The notes under the pieces were generated by a model. It was not told the DNA's origin. It was given only the letters and a program-made list of their open reading frames with translations, and did not search any database. Source: Azolla caroliniana (lineage: Eukaryota > Plantae > Polypodiophyta). Taken from it: a stretch of DNA of 64,000 bases. Made by a program: the position numbers and the translations under genes. Of this stretch, positions 14,495-29,800 are shown in pieces. The stretch is taken from positions 62,001 through 126,000 of the forward strand of contig JBHGNT010000034.1 in assembly GCA_043228905.1 (NCBI GenBank), read 5' to 3'. Each line of letters opens with the position of its first letter. Within the stretch, counting starts at the first letter, position 1.

Positions 14495-16984
14495 GTATTT
14501 ACATCCTTCGTGTCCTCAATTTTCTCCATGCATAGACATGATCAAACTCTTCAAATGTTATTCGAGTGGCATCTTCTTGCTTAATCAAGTTGAACATGAT
14601 GAATATAAGTATATGGTACGTGTTGTTGCCATTCCATTCAAATGTTGCAAGACCACCTTAAGGTATTGGGGTTGGGGCAAAGGCATGTTGCTTAGTTCAA
14701 CCCTTGTTTTTATGGCTTCAAGAACTCAAGATAGTTTGTATTTAGTTTTGACCAATTTGGTTAGTATTCCTTCTTTTCATTCTGCATTTCCTTTGGGTTT
14801 TTTGCTTTTGTGCTAAGGGGAATAATCGCCTTGATTCAATAATCAATTTGACATATGGTCCAATGCCATTCAACTTTACTCTTTGCTCTTTGTTCACCCA
14901 TGTTACCGAGGGGTCTATCATACATTGGAATGTCAATTTGGTTTTGTATTAAGGGAAATGACTACTAAACAACTCATAGTCTTTGTCATCTTCAACAAAA
15001 CACTCAATGCCTCTACAATAACTCCCATACATCACAACAATTGTGGGTATCCTATTCATGGTTGAGGTGTTATTGTACACCTTCTGGCATTACCTACATA
15101 ACCTTTCACATCTATGAGGCCTAATAATACACACACACATCGTACACTTCACCCTGCTCCCTTCATAACACTTCAATGCAAAGACTATTGACTAACCAAA
15201 GATCTACTTAGCGAGGTCCTATCACGAAATAACCCATTTGAACATCTCCTCTTACGCTGACAACTTTTGCTCCCCGTAACCATGAAGGATCTTATAACAA
15301 CACAAAAACATAACTAATTCAATATCGCAAACTTTTATAATAAGTTTGTTGATTATTTCAACCATTAATACATGTTTGAATGATTTCACTGAGAGTGACC
15401 ACAATGAACAACAATAATGTCATATCCCTAACACAAATGCGATGTCATTTCTATGAATATTCAATTTCAAAGACACCCCTCTCCTGCTTACAAGGTTGTT
15501 ATGTGATATCACAAAAATCATGTGTAGACATGTTCGTATATCCACAAATTTATAACAATAAGATGAAAGAATGGTCTATGTCTCACTCGTGACATCTTCT
15601 CCTTCCTAGTTGTGTGCAAAATCCACCTACTTTATCCTAGTTACAGAAATCGACTTTACTAAAGCTCAAGAAATCAATCTTATGTTGTTATTTAACTATC
15701 CATTGCTACTCTCAATCCCCATACGAAAAAACTACGGGGGAATATATGGTGCTTCTCATGACCGCCAAACAATTTCAATGCTGAAATAAACTCACTTGAT
15801 TTAGCCATTCAAACATAATTTTGTATTTATAATTATTGCATGTCCTCTTGATTAATCCAATGTTTTAAGAACGTAATTTTCACAATTGTGACAAAACCAC
15901 GTGAAGTTTGACTTTTGATCTTAATGTTTGACCCAAATGATGGCAACTAGTTGATATCCAGAGTTGGGTACAAATATTTCCATCTTCATGCTCATGAGAT
16001 ATTGAGAACATGGTAAACACATTGTTTATACCACATTGTCTAGAATTTGATGACATCCACCATCCCGCACATGCCTATTAGCCATCCACCAACCAATTAT
16101 CCAATTTCCTATACTCTTCTAAATTGACATAAGGAGTTTTTATTTTGCCCCAGACCGTGGAACCCCAATTCAACTACATCCTTCAAACTTCTTCATGGCA
16201 TCCATCTCAATGAATTCATCAGTAAACCTCCACTCCACCTCCTAGTGCGCACCCATGACTCTGTATACATTAGGTTGCGCGGATGTTAAGCTATTAGGCC
16301 ACAAGGCCAAGAGAGTGTAGTGTGTCTAACATTGAAATGAAAAAGAGCCTTAAAACATATACGTAAATATCCAGAGTGTAGAAAAAAACATAACACCATC
16401 ATCATCTTCACGAGCTTTTTAGTGGAAGAATGCTTGTAAAGGTCGAGGAATGAGAAGACTTGGTTATTTCTTTGATGTTGTCATCGTGCTCTTGATTTGT
16501 GAGTGATTATGAACATTTAAGTAGGGCCATCCATGTCTATGAGGATGGGATGTATTTGTTTGTTGACCTCCAATCAAATGGGTGTATCATGTATCTATGT
16601 TTCAGTAACATCATTCGTGTAAAGAGGGAGGGAAGTAGTGATGCGCATTTGCTTGGATGTGGTCGAATCGTGTGGGTCAAGGAAGAGATGGTTGTTCAAC
16701 GACCAACCCCAGGCTTGTTTAAGTTTTGCCTAAAAGATGAAGGCATGGCAAAAGGCAAGGCAAAGGAAGGTTCATTCCATCTTAATGTTTTTAGGTTTTG
16801 AACTTTGGACATCTTACACCCCCACCCCAACTCACTCCATAAGCCTGTCCGCCGGCCGGCAGGCCTGCCTGACTGCCTGCCTGCATACTGATACGAGGAT
16901 GGATCATGGAATATCATGATGAGGAGGAGGGGCATGAACTTTGCTCTTGTCTTGTACAGACAGTATAGTTAGTTGTTGCGTGGA

Positions 16985-19900
16985 ATGGACGATGTCGCGG
17001 GATCGAAACCTGCATCGGATGCAGGAGGAGGAGGAGGAGGAGGAAGCGAGGCGGCGGCGGCTGCCTCAGGCGGCGGTGGCGGCGCCGCGGATCGGTGGAG
17101 CGCCGCTGTCTCCAACGTCTGCGAGATCCAGAGCGCATTCGACATGCTTCAACGCCTCCTCCTCAAGCAGACCGTCTACAAGGACGAAGAAGCCTTCGCT
17201 CACGCCTCCTCCAGCGCCAATCAAGCTCGCCACATCATGGTTAGCTACCTATTACTTACATATTGTTCTTCAGACTTCTACCACGAAATATGACCACTAT
17301 TTCCCTGCTACTCTTATCCTTTTCCTTTCTCTCTCTCTCTTTTTTTTTTTTGTTTATCCATTCCATCGTGTTGTTCATGCCAAACGTGTGGCTATATGCC
17401 CAAGGATTTTGAGACAATCAGGTTTGTTGTATCCTATTTATCTATGCGCCTGCCTTCCCTGATGCGAAACGTTGACCTGAAGTGAAACCTTCATGTACCA
17501 ATGTTCGAGGAGAACTTTGAGAAAAGTTGGCTACTGTATCTTGGTAGCTAGCTGGCTCTCATGCAGGGGGGCTAATCTTCAGTTGTGCATTCCTTGATGC
17601 AAAACTTGGCTTTAAAGTAAAAATTAAATGGTTTTGTTCGATCCTATTTATCCCTGTCCTGTGTCTCAGCCATCTGTGCGATCCATGACACAAATATGGA
17701 TTGGATTTATGTAAATGTTTTCTTGTATCATATTTATCTGTGTCCTAGTCATCTGTGCCTGCTGTGACACAAAATAGGTAGCATTCTTATGGCTATGAGC
17801 AAGGGTTATCTTGGTAAAGAACCAGTTTGTTGTGTCCTAGTTACAGTGTTAATTCTCAGGAAAAGAGATACATCAATATGTCACAGTCAGCTATGCATCG
17901 TTAGTGCAAAACATAGAAATCTTAACATGGAGATGTTCAAGGAACTTTGAAAAAAATGGGTTTTTCTGTATCATATATTATTGAATTAGATCTTTGTATC
18001 TTTGCCCTTCGTAAGCATGAAATTATGCTCTGGGAAGATCCGTGGACCTTGAAACAGAGATTATTTCTAGATACTTTGGGCGTCACAAGCATTCACTGTA
18101 GTTTTCTTGTTCTTGTACCATTTGGGCGACCTTTAATTTGGACGGTTAACATCTCTTCCCTCGATTCCACTGCATGAGTCAATTCCTTTTTGGAAGAAGA
18201 GTCAGATTGACCTTGATTCTTCAACCAACCATCCCATCCCATGTGGCATGCCTTGCAGCATTTGTAACTTATAGCCATTGCCGTCAAACTTTTTTATGTA
18301 TCCCTTTCTGGTTTTGACTGGAAAGGTTCAATCTGATCTCCTCTGTTCTTGAATTGTGTCTCTTATGCATGCAATGGACTGAGCTCATCAAAAGTAATTT
18401 TCTGTCTTTGCAGTCTGTAGTAAGGATGTCAAACTTCAATGGAAGCACTTTGACACCTGGCAAGTTCCATATTAGATTCTCATGGATTTAATGCCATAAT
18501 GTGATTGTATTGATTTGTATTCGCCTTGTACTTATCACAGAGCATCATTCAAGCTTCTGATGATGTTGATGTGCATAGTTGACATTAGCATGAATCAACC
18601 ATGCTCATGATCAAAGATGGATAATGGAAAGCGGATGATCTTAGAATGAAAGAAAACAAGGTGACACAATGCTGGAAGAGTAGATTATATTGAAAATACT
18701 ACAAGGCATTCAACCCCAGATGAGTTCCTAATGAGCTGAAAACAAAGTGACACAATGCTGGAAGAATAGATGATATGAGAAGGTTACAAGACATTTGACC
18801 TCAGATATGCTCCTACTAAGCTTATCTAGACTTGTTCTATGGCGAATTGACATACTTTTATGCACATCGAGCCACATCTCTTCCAGGACAATAACAGCTT
18901 AATGTCTCACATGTCATCCTTTAGTGTAGATTTCTCACTTCCACCTGCGGATGTGGTCAACTTCCTTGAGTGGTTTTGATACCTTAGCTATTACAATCAC
19001 AAATCCTCGCCAGATCATCCTGTATCAACCACTTGGCTGTATCTTCTCTTTCAATTGCATGGGAGGCTAAAGGAGTATTTGATGTGCAGAACATACATAT
19101 ATTGAATCCTGACCCGTTATGTTCCTAATGAGGTCATTGGGAGCCTGGGGTGTTGTACATCATCATATCCTTGAGTGCCAATAACATATGGGAAATAGTG
19201 AAGGAAAGGATTTGGTTTTCTTTCCTCAAGATCTATCAATGTATTGGCTGTTTTTTGTGCCAGGCTGCAAATTTATCAGGGAGATCTGATGGGTATGGCC
19301 ATTTTTCTTTTCTTCTCCGGTAAGAAGTTTGTTGCTTAGAGATTGTTTTGTCTCAGTTGGCATATTATTCACAGTGGCATCCCAGTCATACCATATTCTC
19401 TTGTCTACTTCTTTTGTTGTTTCTTTCTCACTATGACAATCTCACTGAAATTACAAAAAGCCACACAAATTATGTAGTAATGATAATAGGACCAATAGAT
19501 ACTTCGTACAAAACCATTTAGACGGCAAATCATGATACTCCTGAAAACGGATATTTGGAATATTGAGTGAAGCTGCTTTTCCACCAATCAACAGGATCAG
19601 TGTACACTGAGTCTTCTCCAAACCATAAAGTATTGGAAAATATAGGATACACATTCTTTAAGGATAAACACAAATTCCGGGTAGGTTTGATGGTATGGGG
19701 ATTTATTTGAATTTGCACTTCCTTCAACAGTAAAATATTTAATCTTTTTTATCATATTTATGCTGTAGTAAGGCATATAAAACTCAATTTTGGCTGTGAT
19801 GGGATGCTTTTATCCATGCAATTTTACTGATAGCCACTTCATAGTGCATCTCTGTCATCTATCCAGGAAATATGTGCATCATAAGATCACGGCAATAATA

Positions 19901-20661
19901 CTGTTCTTATGATTGAGTTTCACAATTTAGCTGGATTCTTTATTATAAAGTCACTTTAGGATTAGTGCTTTATTGTTGTATCTTGCTAAATACAATAACA
20001 TTTAGTTTGATTATTTAGAAGCATGCAGCGAACACTAATACTTGCTTTGTATTCTGTGCTCTGGTAAGGCATATGAAATGCATTCTATGCAGAGATGAGA
20101 TGCTTTATCCATCCCTTGCTACTGTAAGCTGGATCCTCCATATTAGATTTGCTTTTTAGAGCTCATGACCTCAGATGCCATATCAAAGAGTAGTTTGAAT
20201 GTGTTCGATTTTTCTGATGTAGGGAGTTTTCTCTTTGATAAATTTAAATAGGCTCAGGAACGGCGAATTCGTGCGTTAGAAAAAGAGCTTGATGCTGCAA
20301 TAGCATCAGCCGGACTGGCAAGAGCAGATAAGAGAGTGGCAGAATCTGCTCAACGTGCAGCAGAGTCACGAACCCAAGAAGTGCTTCAGGAGCTGGAGAA
20401 CACAACTCGTAATGTTCTGTCAGTTTGCTTGATTTTTAAGTTATCACACTCACATCACTCGTGTCGAGTGGGTGATTGTGCACGTGAATGATTCCCCTTT
20501 TAGAAGGAAGTAAATGATGTTTTTTTATCCTTTGCATTATAGAGGTTTTCAAGCTCCATATGGAAGAACTTCGAGCTAAACAAGAAGAGGTACAGAAGAA
20601 GGATGCAGAAGTCAAGGCCCTCAAGGCTATGATTGACGCACTTGGTGGTGGGTTACAATAA
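16985..20661 (+). CDS. Small kinectin-like coiled-coil protein (resembles the Arabidopsis CAP2/kinectin-related family), about 176 aa
   Basis: Exons 16985-17239, 20252-20408 and 20543-20661 join in frame: RWSAAVSNV...LLLKQTVYKDEEAFA...ERRIRALEKELDAAI...ELENTTQVFKLHMEELRAKQEE. Gly/Ala-rich N-terminus and a 3-kb intron 1. Family label from recalled similarity. Confidence 0.85.
18652..18822 (+). repeat. Diverged tandem duplication, about 86-bp unit x2, intronic
   Basis: GAAAACAA(G/A)GTGACACAATGCTGGAAGA starts at 18652 and again at 18738, with similar downstream sequence. Confidence 0.75.
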
Positions 20662-23600
20662 TTGGTGATTATTTACTTTTATGACCACATACATGAATAT
20701 GAAAGGAAGCTCATAGGGTCTAGAATGCAATTTCATTGACTTAAAATCCACCTGACACTCTCAGTTGAAATGAAACAAATCAGTTGAAAATGCTCCAATT
20801 CATTGGCTAAAGATCATGCATTTGGAGCACGGGGTCATGCAAATCAAGAGAATATGGTCTTACGGGAAATAATGGTTGATACATTTAACCTTGCTAGCCA
20901 TGGTCAAAGCAAAATAGTTCTTAGGTTTGAAGTCCGAAGGTTTCCAAATTTCATTTTGAAACATTAGGTAAATTAATGGGTATTATCATCAGGTAATTTT
21001 CTGGTTGTCAACTTTTTGTTTTCAAGACCTGGTTAATTGTCCTTATATTATATAGATTAGAATCCAATAAATTAAATATCAAAGACCTAACAAAGGCAAA
21101 CATGATGTAAATAATAACTTCTCTTAGTATGATAACACACTATTATTTGAAAATTAATTTACATGGCTATGATAATTTCACTTTACCTTCAATGCTAAAG
21201 AAAAATATGACGAGAGTGTTTATTGTGCCTTTGGTAAGTGATTTGAACTATAATTACCAAATTCCTACTATATCCTATCATCACTCACACCAAACGCAAT
21301 GCTTGTAACGTTTACAACTTACCAAATAGCTACAATCACTATTTTGTAGGTATTTGTAATATGTGATCAACATAGAAAGATTTGATCAAATAACATAATT
21401 AGGATTGATCTTTGTTCATATTTTGTCAAGTCCCATGGGCTCATTGAGTGTATACTCTTGTGACTTTACATAGGTGGTGGAAAACCAAATGTGGGAACTT
21501 ATAGACAACGTAATCTGTGGGTAATGCCCTCATAAACACTACGAACTCAAGTATTTTATAGTCATCAATAAAGGTTCCTTTACATCAAGAGTGTAGTGGT
21601 TCATACAAATAGGTGTAAGAGCTCGTTCAATTCAAGTGTATTCAATGGAGATGTAGATAATATTTTTTCTATCATGCATAGATGCATACAAATCTACAAT
21701 GAATCATTGAAACAATAGTACTGTGTTTTGTCAATGCCCAATTGCAATTCAAGCATTTTTGCCCTTCATCCATTTAGCTTATATTTTTTGGAAAACGTTT
21801 GAAAAAGGATAACATAAAGTACAATGTTATTAGCTGAAAATCAATGATGAAAGCATTGAGATAGAAATAGAAGAGTATACTTTTCACAAGTAAATGAAAT
21901 CCTTCTCTATGTTGTATTTTGGAGGACAGCAAGCATCAACAATACAAATTCTGAGTAAGTAATGTTTTTAACAAGTAAATAACAAAGGCATTATATGAAG
22001 GCTTTGCCTTTATACATAAACTTGAGCTCACAAATGATTGTTCGTTGATGCTTTGCAACCTTAACGTCATAAGTCCAAGTGCCAAGCTATTTCGACCATT
22101 TTTTGTACCTAGATGTTAGGTGCAAATGAAGGAATCGAGAGACTTGTGACACGGTGTGAAAAGGCCAAGGGCATCGTAAAAGCTGTAAAATACACTTTTT
22201 CTTTCTTGCATTCCATTATTATCATGTAAAATGCTTTAGCATTTATGTTAGTGATTAGGCATGTTAGGTAATGTCTTAACCTCTCAAGTGAGTGATTAAT
22301 TGTTAAGTTTAGAGTTTGCTTGCCCATTTACTAGTATTTGCTAGTAGCCTTAGGAGTGGATGGACATTGCCCTTAATCCTGCCAACAATAGAGTATATGT
22401 CGCATGACATCATAGATCTTCATAGTAGGTTAGGTAGGTAAGGTTAGTAAGAACAACAATATGTAAGTCTTTAAGCTTGTCCAGAAGCAACCAATTTGAA
22501 TTTGATAGACTCACTTAAAACTCTCTCAATCTTTCTTTTAGTTTGAGGTCATAATTTGCACTTAAATATATGTGGTCCTACATATACCATTTGTTAAAGA
22601 ATATGCTATCAAGAGCATTTCTTTATGGAATAAACCTTTGCTCTTTTAGAAATTTTAAAAAACAAGTGTTACATCAAGTGACTTGTAAGTTTTGAAAATC
22701 TCAAGATATTCCACATTGTTGATAAGAAAAGTGGACATAATGTATATGGCTATTATAGCTATTATCACTATTAGTTGTTGTCCCTCCATGAATAAATTAG
22801 GGTTAGCTAATAGTAACGAGTTTGAATTGTGAGACCATGAATTAGTGAAGTCAGAAAATTCAAGATAAAATTGGCAAGAGAACTACAACACGGTTGCTAT
22901 ATTAAGGAGGAGTCGAAGATTTAAGCATATAATCAATAATATTCCATCCTTACAATTCCTTGACATATATAAGGGACTTATCACATGTAATACAATATAA
23001 TGGGCACTTTTGAAGATCTTTGTTCGTTTTTTTGCGAGCAATTTGGGAGACTGAATAATATTGATGTATCCTTTTCCGATCGATCAGATACGAGACAAGC
23101 AATCAAACCTACATACTTCGGACACTGAAAATGGGATTTGATACGAAGGCTCGTTCTTCTACTGTGCCCTGGGATTTGGTCGCCCAAGGATTGTGATCTC
23201 AGGAGTCAGAAAAGAAGAATTGGGAATGGGCGATAGGATAGGGTTAGGGTGGCCTCCGGGCATGGGCTATACTTGTAGGCTATATAGCATTAGTTTATGC
23301 AGAATTCAGTTGTGGTGGCTGACAGTTGTTTGGGGAGCCATGACATGAGCTCACAACATCAATAACGTGTTATTGAATGAATCACAACAACATTAACACG
23401 GAATTGAATGAATGGATTGAAATTGAAAGAGGAGAGGAGAAGTCTCTGTCTTTCAGCCCCTCTCCTTTTTTTGTACTCCACTTCGGAGCCATGAATTGAA
23501 AGAAATTTCGCCAAATTTTCTCTCTTCACACATTTAATCGATCACCCCCGGAAACCCTAATTCTGCACTGTAATCGCGCAGGTCGTCGTGGCTAAAACCA

Positions 23601-23890
23601 GACCTTTTTACTGTTTTTTGTTAAAAGTTGCAGAAAACCAAGGATCTTTGTTCGGTATAAGAAGCTTTCCTTTCGCGTCTTTCTTTTTTGCATTTTCATT
23701 TTTTACAGATAATCCCTCTCTATTTTTGAACCCTAATTTGTGAGTTATGCAGAGATAGCTCACAGAACATTTCTTTAACCTAACTTGTTCCTAAACCTTT
23801 TCAGAAAACGAAGGATCTCTGCTGGTGACGAGCTTTCCATTTTTGTTTTTTTTGCTACCTTTTCTTGTTTGATTTGAAAACAAGGAAAGA

Positions 23891-26800
23891 ATGTCCGACC
23901 ACAAAAGCATGGTTACAGCGCCGCCTTCAAGAAGGGATCCATATGAAGTTTTGGATGTGCCTAAGAATGCGACTGAGCAGCAAATCAAGTCGGCTTATAG
24001 GAAATTGGCTCTCAAGTAAGGTCTCCTTTTTAGTAGATATAAGAAAGACAATTTTGGGAGGCTTATATGGCTGTGTATCTAGAGGGAGAGAGATGACAAT
24101 TTTATAATGGTAGAACAAATAGAAACGTTAAATCAAAACCTGAAATGAAAAACGAAGCTTGTTTCCTAAATTTACTATCCGGATCAACATCCTTATTCAA
24201 CAAGATAGACCAATAGCTTTTGAGATCAATAAGTTCCCTGCACTGAGGAAGGGGCCCATGCATGAGGTAAAGCTACATGCAAATTTGTAATCATTCATGC
24301 ACTCAAGACAGCTGTCACTACTTGTACGGAGTGAATTCAAGGACTGATTGATCATGCCACTTTGAAGTACTTCTGTACTCAACTGGACTTCAAGATGGGG
24401 GCAAGTCATGCAAGAGTTTCATATAGAGATTGAGTATCATGAGGGGGGGAGGACATAATGTAGTGGTCAATGCTTTGTCTAGACTTGTGTACCAAGATCA
24501 GTTTCAGTATAGTTGAAAGTGAGTTGTCGCTTGCTATATGGGAAGCTCAGAACACATTTATTCAGAATAACTGGTCCAAGGCTAGCCACATGAGAATGCT
24601 AGTGAGAGCAGTTCTTCCATCAGGCCATTGCCCTCAAATTTCTATGGTGAACAAGGATTTCTCTAGAGGAAAGGAAAAATATGTGTTCTCAGGGTTCCTG
24701 TATTAGAAATTAGGTTAATTGGAATAGCCATTAGTTCATGTACCAAAGAAATAGGAAGCATACTCTTATATCCGTTGAGGTATGAGCAAAGAGCATTCTT
24801 AGTGGTGTCGGCAATTGGCAATGGTTCTGTCCTCATTATGAGTTCTTGTAACTGAGTTCAACCTTGTTGGAATGATTGAAAATCATGCAATATGCTTTTC
24901 TATGTCTGGTACATTGAGGGACATATTCTCTTTTTCAGGTCACAATCAGTAAATCCCCAATTTCTATTTTCAATGTATGTGAGTGTGTAAAATCAGTGTG
25001 ATGGCAAACCTTACTAGCTTTTGCATGGGTGACCGGATGTGAGATGTGGCAGCAATAGTACTCAAACTTAGGTCCATGATGGGGTGGATGATCAAGCTTT
25101 ACCAGACCTATGCTTATCCACCTTTCTCATTTGCAATGCTTAGTAATAAATATCCTAGGCATTGAGAGTCTTGTGGTTCATAGGTCATTTGACCTCCAAG
25201 GATAGTAATTTTGGTCCACAGGTCATATTAGACCTTTGAGGGAAGGTTACAAAATCTATCTATCTATTTAGTAGTTTAGACATGCCGTATGTTATAGGAC
25301 TGTTCTCATCCTGCAAAATACCTTTGAGACCTTAAATCAGTTAAAATTTGTATTCCCTACATTTTTACCAGACCTATGCCTACCCACCTTTCTCAATTGC
25401 AATGCTTAATAATAAATATCTTGGGCATTGAGAGTCTTGTGGCTCATAGGTCATATTTGACCTCCAAGATAGAAATTTTGTTCCATGGGTCATATTAGAC
25501 CTTTGAGTGAAGGTTACAAAATCTATCTATCTAGTAGTTTGGACATGCCTTATCTTATAGGACTGTTCTCATAGGTCATATTTGACCTCCAAGGATAGTA
25601 ATTTTGTTCCATGGGTCATATTAGACCTTTGAGGAAAGGTTACAAAATCTATCTATTTAGTAGTTTGGACATGCCTTATGTTATAGGACTGTTCTCATCC
25701 TTGCAAAACACCTTGTTTTTGGATAACCATACATCAAGTAGCATGTAAAGCTCAATGTTAATTGTGCTGTTGATGATTTTGATTCTCATTGTGATATTGA
25801 GTTTTGCTCTAAAATATCAGTGAGATGTTATGTTCATATTTTTCTGTTAGTAAAAAATTTAATAAAATATGCTTTCTGTAGCTTCTTTCCATCCATCCTT
25901 CCCATAAAAAATTACCCTTAACAAACAAGAGTAGCTTCTGCACCCATGTTTCTTGATTTTTCTAAGTGTTTCTTCTTGATAGGTTTCACCCAGACAAAAA
26001 TGTCGATAATCCAGAGGCAGTTGAGATGTTCAAGGAGATTGCATACTCCTATGGGATTTTATCTGATCCTGAGAAACGAAGTCGATATGACATGTCTGGG
26101 TTTGAGGTATTAACATAATTCCTGAAATCATCTATACAGACATGTTTTTGTACGCACGTATAGGGATATGTGTATGAGTATCTATATCTTATATTCACAT
26201 ACACGTGGTCAAATAGTGACTGAATCTTAAAATAGATCTTATGGGTATTTTCTATTCCTCTATCAGTCTGTAGATGCTGATGGTCTTGAGATGGAGCTTG
26301 ACCTTTCAAATCTTGGTACAGTAAGTACCATGCTTGCAGCTTTATTCAGGTTTGCTACATGAGTAACCTTTTGAAAAGCTTAATGCAATTAACCTATGTT
26401 AATTGAATTCATTCATGTATATGCATGCAATACACATGCATATTGCAACAGTTAGTTTTCTGAAATTCTAAGCATAGTGAATTTATTTTCAGCAAGCTTG
26501 GTGTTCCTATAAAGACTTCAATTTCCCCTTACATGCTGGAAGAAGCAATCAATGGAACAGTAACAATCAAACCACTTCCATTAGGAAGACCTGTCAATGA
26601 TAGGGCAAGTCTTTTTAAAATGCCCTATTTGTAATTAGTGAATCAGTCTTTTTTTTAAATTTGCGAAACCACTTATTACTGTCAGCAGGTTGAAAAGCAA
26701 GCTGCTCATTTTTATGGGGTAACAATCTCGGAGGAACAAGCCAATGTGGGAATTGTGGTTCGGGTAACCTCTCAAGCACAAAGCAAATTTAAGGTAAATC

Positions 26801-29800
26801 TGTCAATCTGAACTTCAAATAATTGAAACATGACAAATAAACACTGAGTTTCCTTTTTTGTGGCAGCTTCTGTACTTCGAACAAGAAGAGAATTGTGGCT
26901 TAGGTTTGGCTTTGCAGGTTAGATACCATGAATGAATAAGTATTACTTTTTTAAGTGTTTTGGAAGGGTCTCTGCTCAATGTTAGTATTTTATTGCCATA
27001 TACATTTTGTAGGTATGATTATACATGATTAGAAACAGATCCAGCAAACTTCATTTTTTGCAAAGATAATAAAACATACTACTACGAGACTATAAACATA
27101 CCATCATGCAGACTATTGAAATTCCCAATGACTACTTTTCATGCTCCTATCTGTTACCAACTTATAATTTCTGTCATTAAAATGATCAGTAAATAGAGAT
27201 CCTTCATTATTTAAAAATAGTCAGGTGACTTGGTTTCTAAGAACATAACATGCATTAAGTAAAATTTGATTAGTCTGAAGATTTGACAATAAGTTAAATC
27301 TTGCCCACACACTCTCAATAGGAATGTTTATATTTATCAGGTAAACTATTTGGTAGATAATTGAAATTTTCAAATGGAATTTTGATGTTCATGCAGATCA
27401 CAAAGCCATATTCTCTATAATTAAAAATGACATAACTATACCGACCTCAATCTGTTAATAGTCAGGGCGACTTGTTTGTAACTTAATGACTCATGCAGTA
27501 AATAAATTTTGCTCAGTCTCTCAAGACATGACAATAAGTTAAAACTTACTCACCTACTCTCAATAGACGTCTCTATTTTTATTACCCACCAATTGCACAA
27601 CACTATTAGAGATGTCATCTACAACAACAAAAACTTTCATCAGATCACCCCAAAAGTGCCCAAAAAGCCAATAACCCGGGATGTCTACCTTCTGGGGCTA
27701 CTGCATAATTCAGAATGAAAAAATTAGAAATTGAAGGATAGTATGAATAGATTTGTACAGAGGTGATGTAGCAACATAAAAAATCCCACATCCCCATGAA
27801 TTTAATAATGTTGTACTACATTTTCAGGATTTTTTGATAAACCAATAAGTTTTAAATTAGAAATTGAAGGATACTATGAATAAATTTGTACAGAGGTGAT
27901 GTAGCAACAGCAAAGATCTCACATCCCAATGAATTTAATAATATTGTGCTACCTTTTAGGATTTTTTGATAAACCAATAATTTTAGGCAGTTTTATTAAT
28001 CTAATTACATTTATTTTGGTTTGTTGTGCTCAAGGATCAGAGATCATTTTAAGATCTAATCTCTCGTTTGGTCCCATAGGCTTTTGTGGTCTTTTAGAGA
28101 CGTTGCTATATCTTTCTTTCTCCTTTTTGTCTGCCCTTGGCCCCAGCTGGAATATGACAGCAAATGTCTCACTTTTGTCCCATAACTGGACTCTAGCGTC
28201 AGGAAGATATTAATAAAACAGTTTGGTGCTTAATACACCGTTTCCTATATATTGATAATCCCATCTCCACACAATCACACTGCTGCGTATCATCCACCAC
28301 CTTTCACAATGTCTTCTAGTTCACTCTGTAAAATCTGGGGATACACTGCATATGACGGCTGGATATAAAATGTATAAAATATCATTTAATCTATGACTAG
28401 AGGTGAGCACATTTAGAGCATTTCAATAAAGACATAAAATACAACATTTTGTTTTCTTAAATCAATGAACCCTCCAATTGTGGTAGATCTGAGATCTACT
28501 GGAAAATTCTCAAGAGTTATGTATGCTGGCACTAAATTGTTTTAGGAAGCTCGATGCATAACATGCTGATAGAACGAGTTTCTTGTAGACTTGGAATATC
28601 TTACAATCGCTATACTGTGGTAGCTCAAATTGGCTGTTCTTTATATGCAGTATATAAGCTGCCAATAGTTCTAATAAGCAGTTGTATGTAGGTGGCCAAT
28701 AGCTGTAACCACCCTTTCAATGCCTTTGTATCGTGCTCATTGTTCATGACCTTAATTCTCTTTGCTTGGATCAATCCCTTTTATTCTTCTTTCCTGTTCC
28801 TGCTGCCTCTTTCTCGTCTTGGTGTTGTCCACTTTGTCTTATCACATTTTGGTGGTGTTGCTAAGTTATTCTTCTATACTATGTTGTTTTATGGAAGTGT
28901 TGAAATATTGTCTTTTCTTCGATTCCTCCTGAGAAGAATTTAGAGACTAGATCATTTTTATCTCAAATCTTCCAGAACTTGAAGATCTCTTGTGAAAGCT
29001 TGTGCAAATTTCTTTATATTCTTGTTGCCAAATAGGAACTTGTGGGCATTTCTGGTTGCTCATTGATTACCCAGCTATGTGGTTAGTTTGGCACCATGCA
29101 TAAACTTTGTAATTGAAGTATTTGAGCATTGTCTAAAGAACTCATATTATGCTTCTCATCTTTATATTTCACTAGGAGGACAGTGCGAAGACAGGAAAAG
29201 TTACATCAGCTGGAATGTATTTCTTACATTTCCAAGTTTATAGGCTAGACTTGACAATGAATGCGGTTAGTTTTTGAATGATTATTGTTTAAAGAAGTCA
29301 GGTTCGTGTTTCTGGGGTGGAAATTTACCTGCATGCTCATTATTTTATTGTCTTTTTTAGTTAGCAATGGCCAAAGATCCAGACTCTTCTTTTTTCAAAA
29401 AGCTTGAAGGTCTGCAGCCGTGTGAAGTATTAGGCTTGAAAGCAGGAACACATGTATTTGCTGTTTATGGTAAAGGGAAATAGATCATATTATGTTTTGG
29501 CAAATATACAAGAAGTGTTGGGCCTCAGTATGATCCTTATTATCAGGTGATAACTTCTTCAAAAGTGCAACCTATACAATTGAGGCTGTGTCAGCTGAAT
29601 CTTTTAAAGACTCTGCAGAGAAGCTTAGAGCTATTGAAGCACAGCTATTGAACAAACAAAAGGAGTTAAGGGAATTTGAGGTGGAATATAAAGAGGTTAG
29701 GTGTGGTCCAATTTTATGTTGGTTTCTTGAGTATCTGCACATGGCTCCATTGTAGCCCTATAGTTTATCTGAAAGATGGTCCATGTCTGCAGGTCTTAGC

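Noticed and set aside
16941-17462. 173-aa ORF overlapping the kinectin-like exon 1
   Set aside because: Alternative frame of a GC-rich exon that runs into the intron. The frame starting at 16985 splices correctly.
18830-19100. Possible old RTE-like LINE relic (VDFSLPP versus AEFTLPP in the nested LINE)
   Set aside because: Similarity is too short and too frameshifted to support by eye.
19530-19727. DPVDWWK motif resembling the hAT dimerisation domain
   Set aside because: Only a short motif. The downstream SxxxERxFS signature and TIRs were not found.
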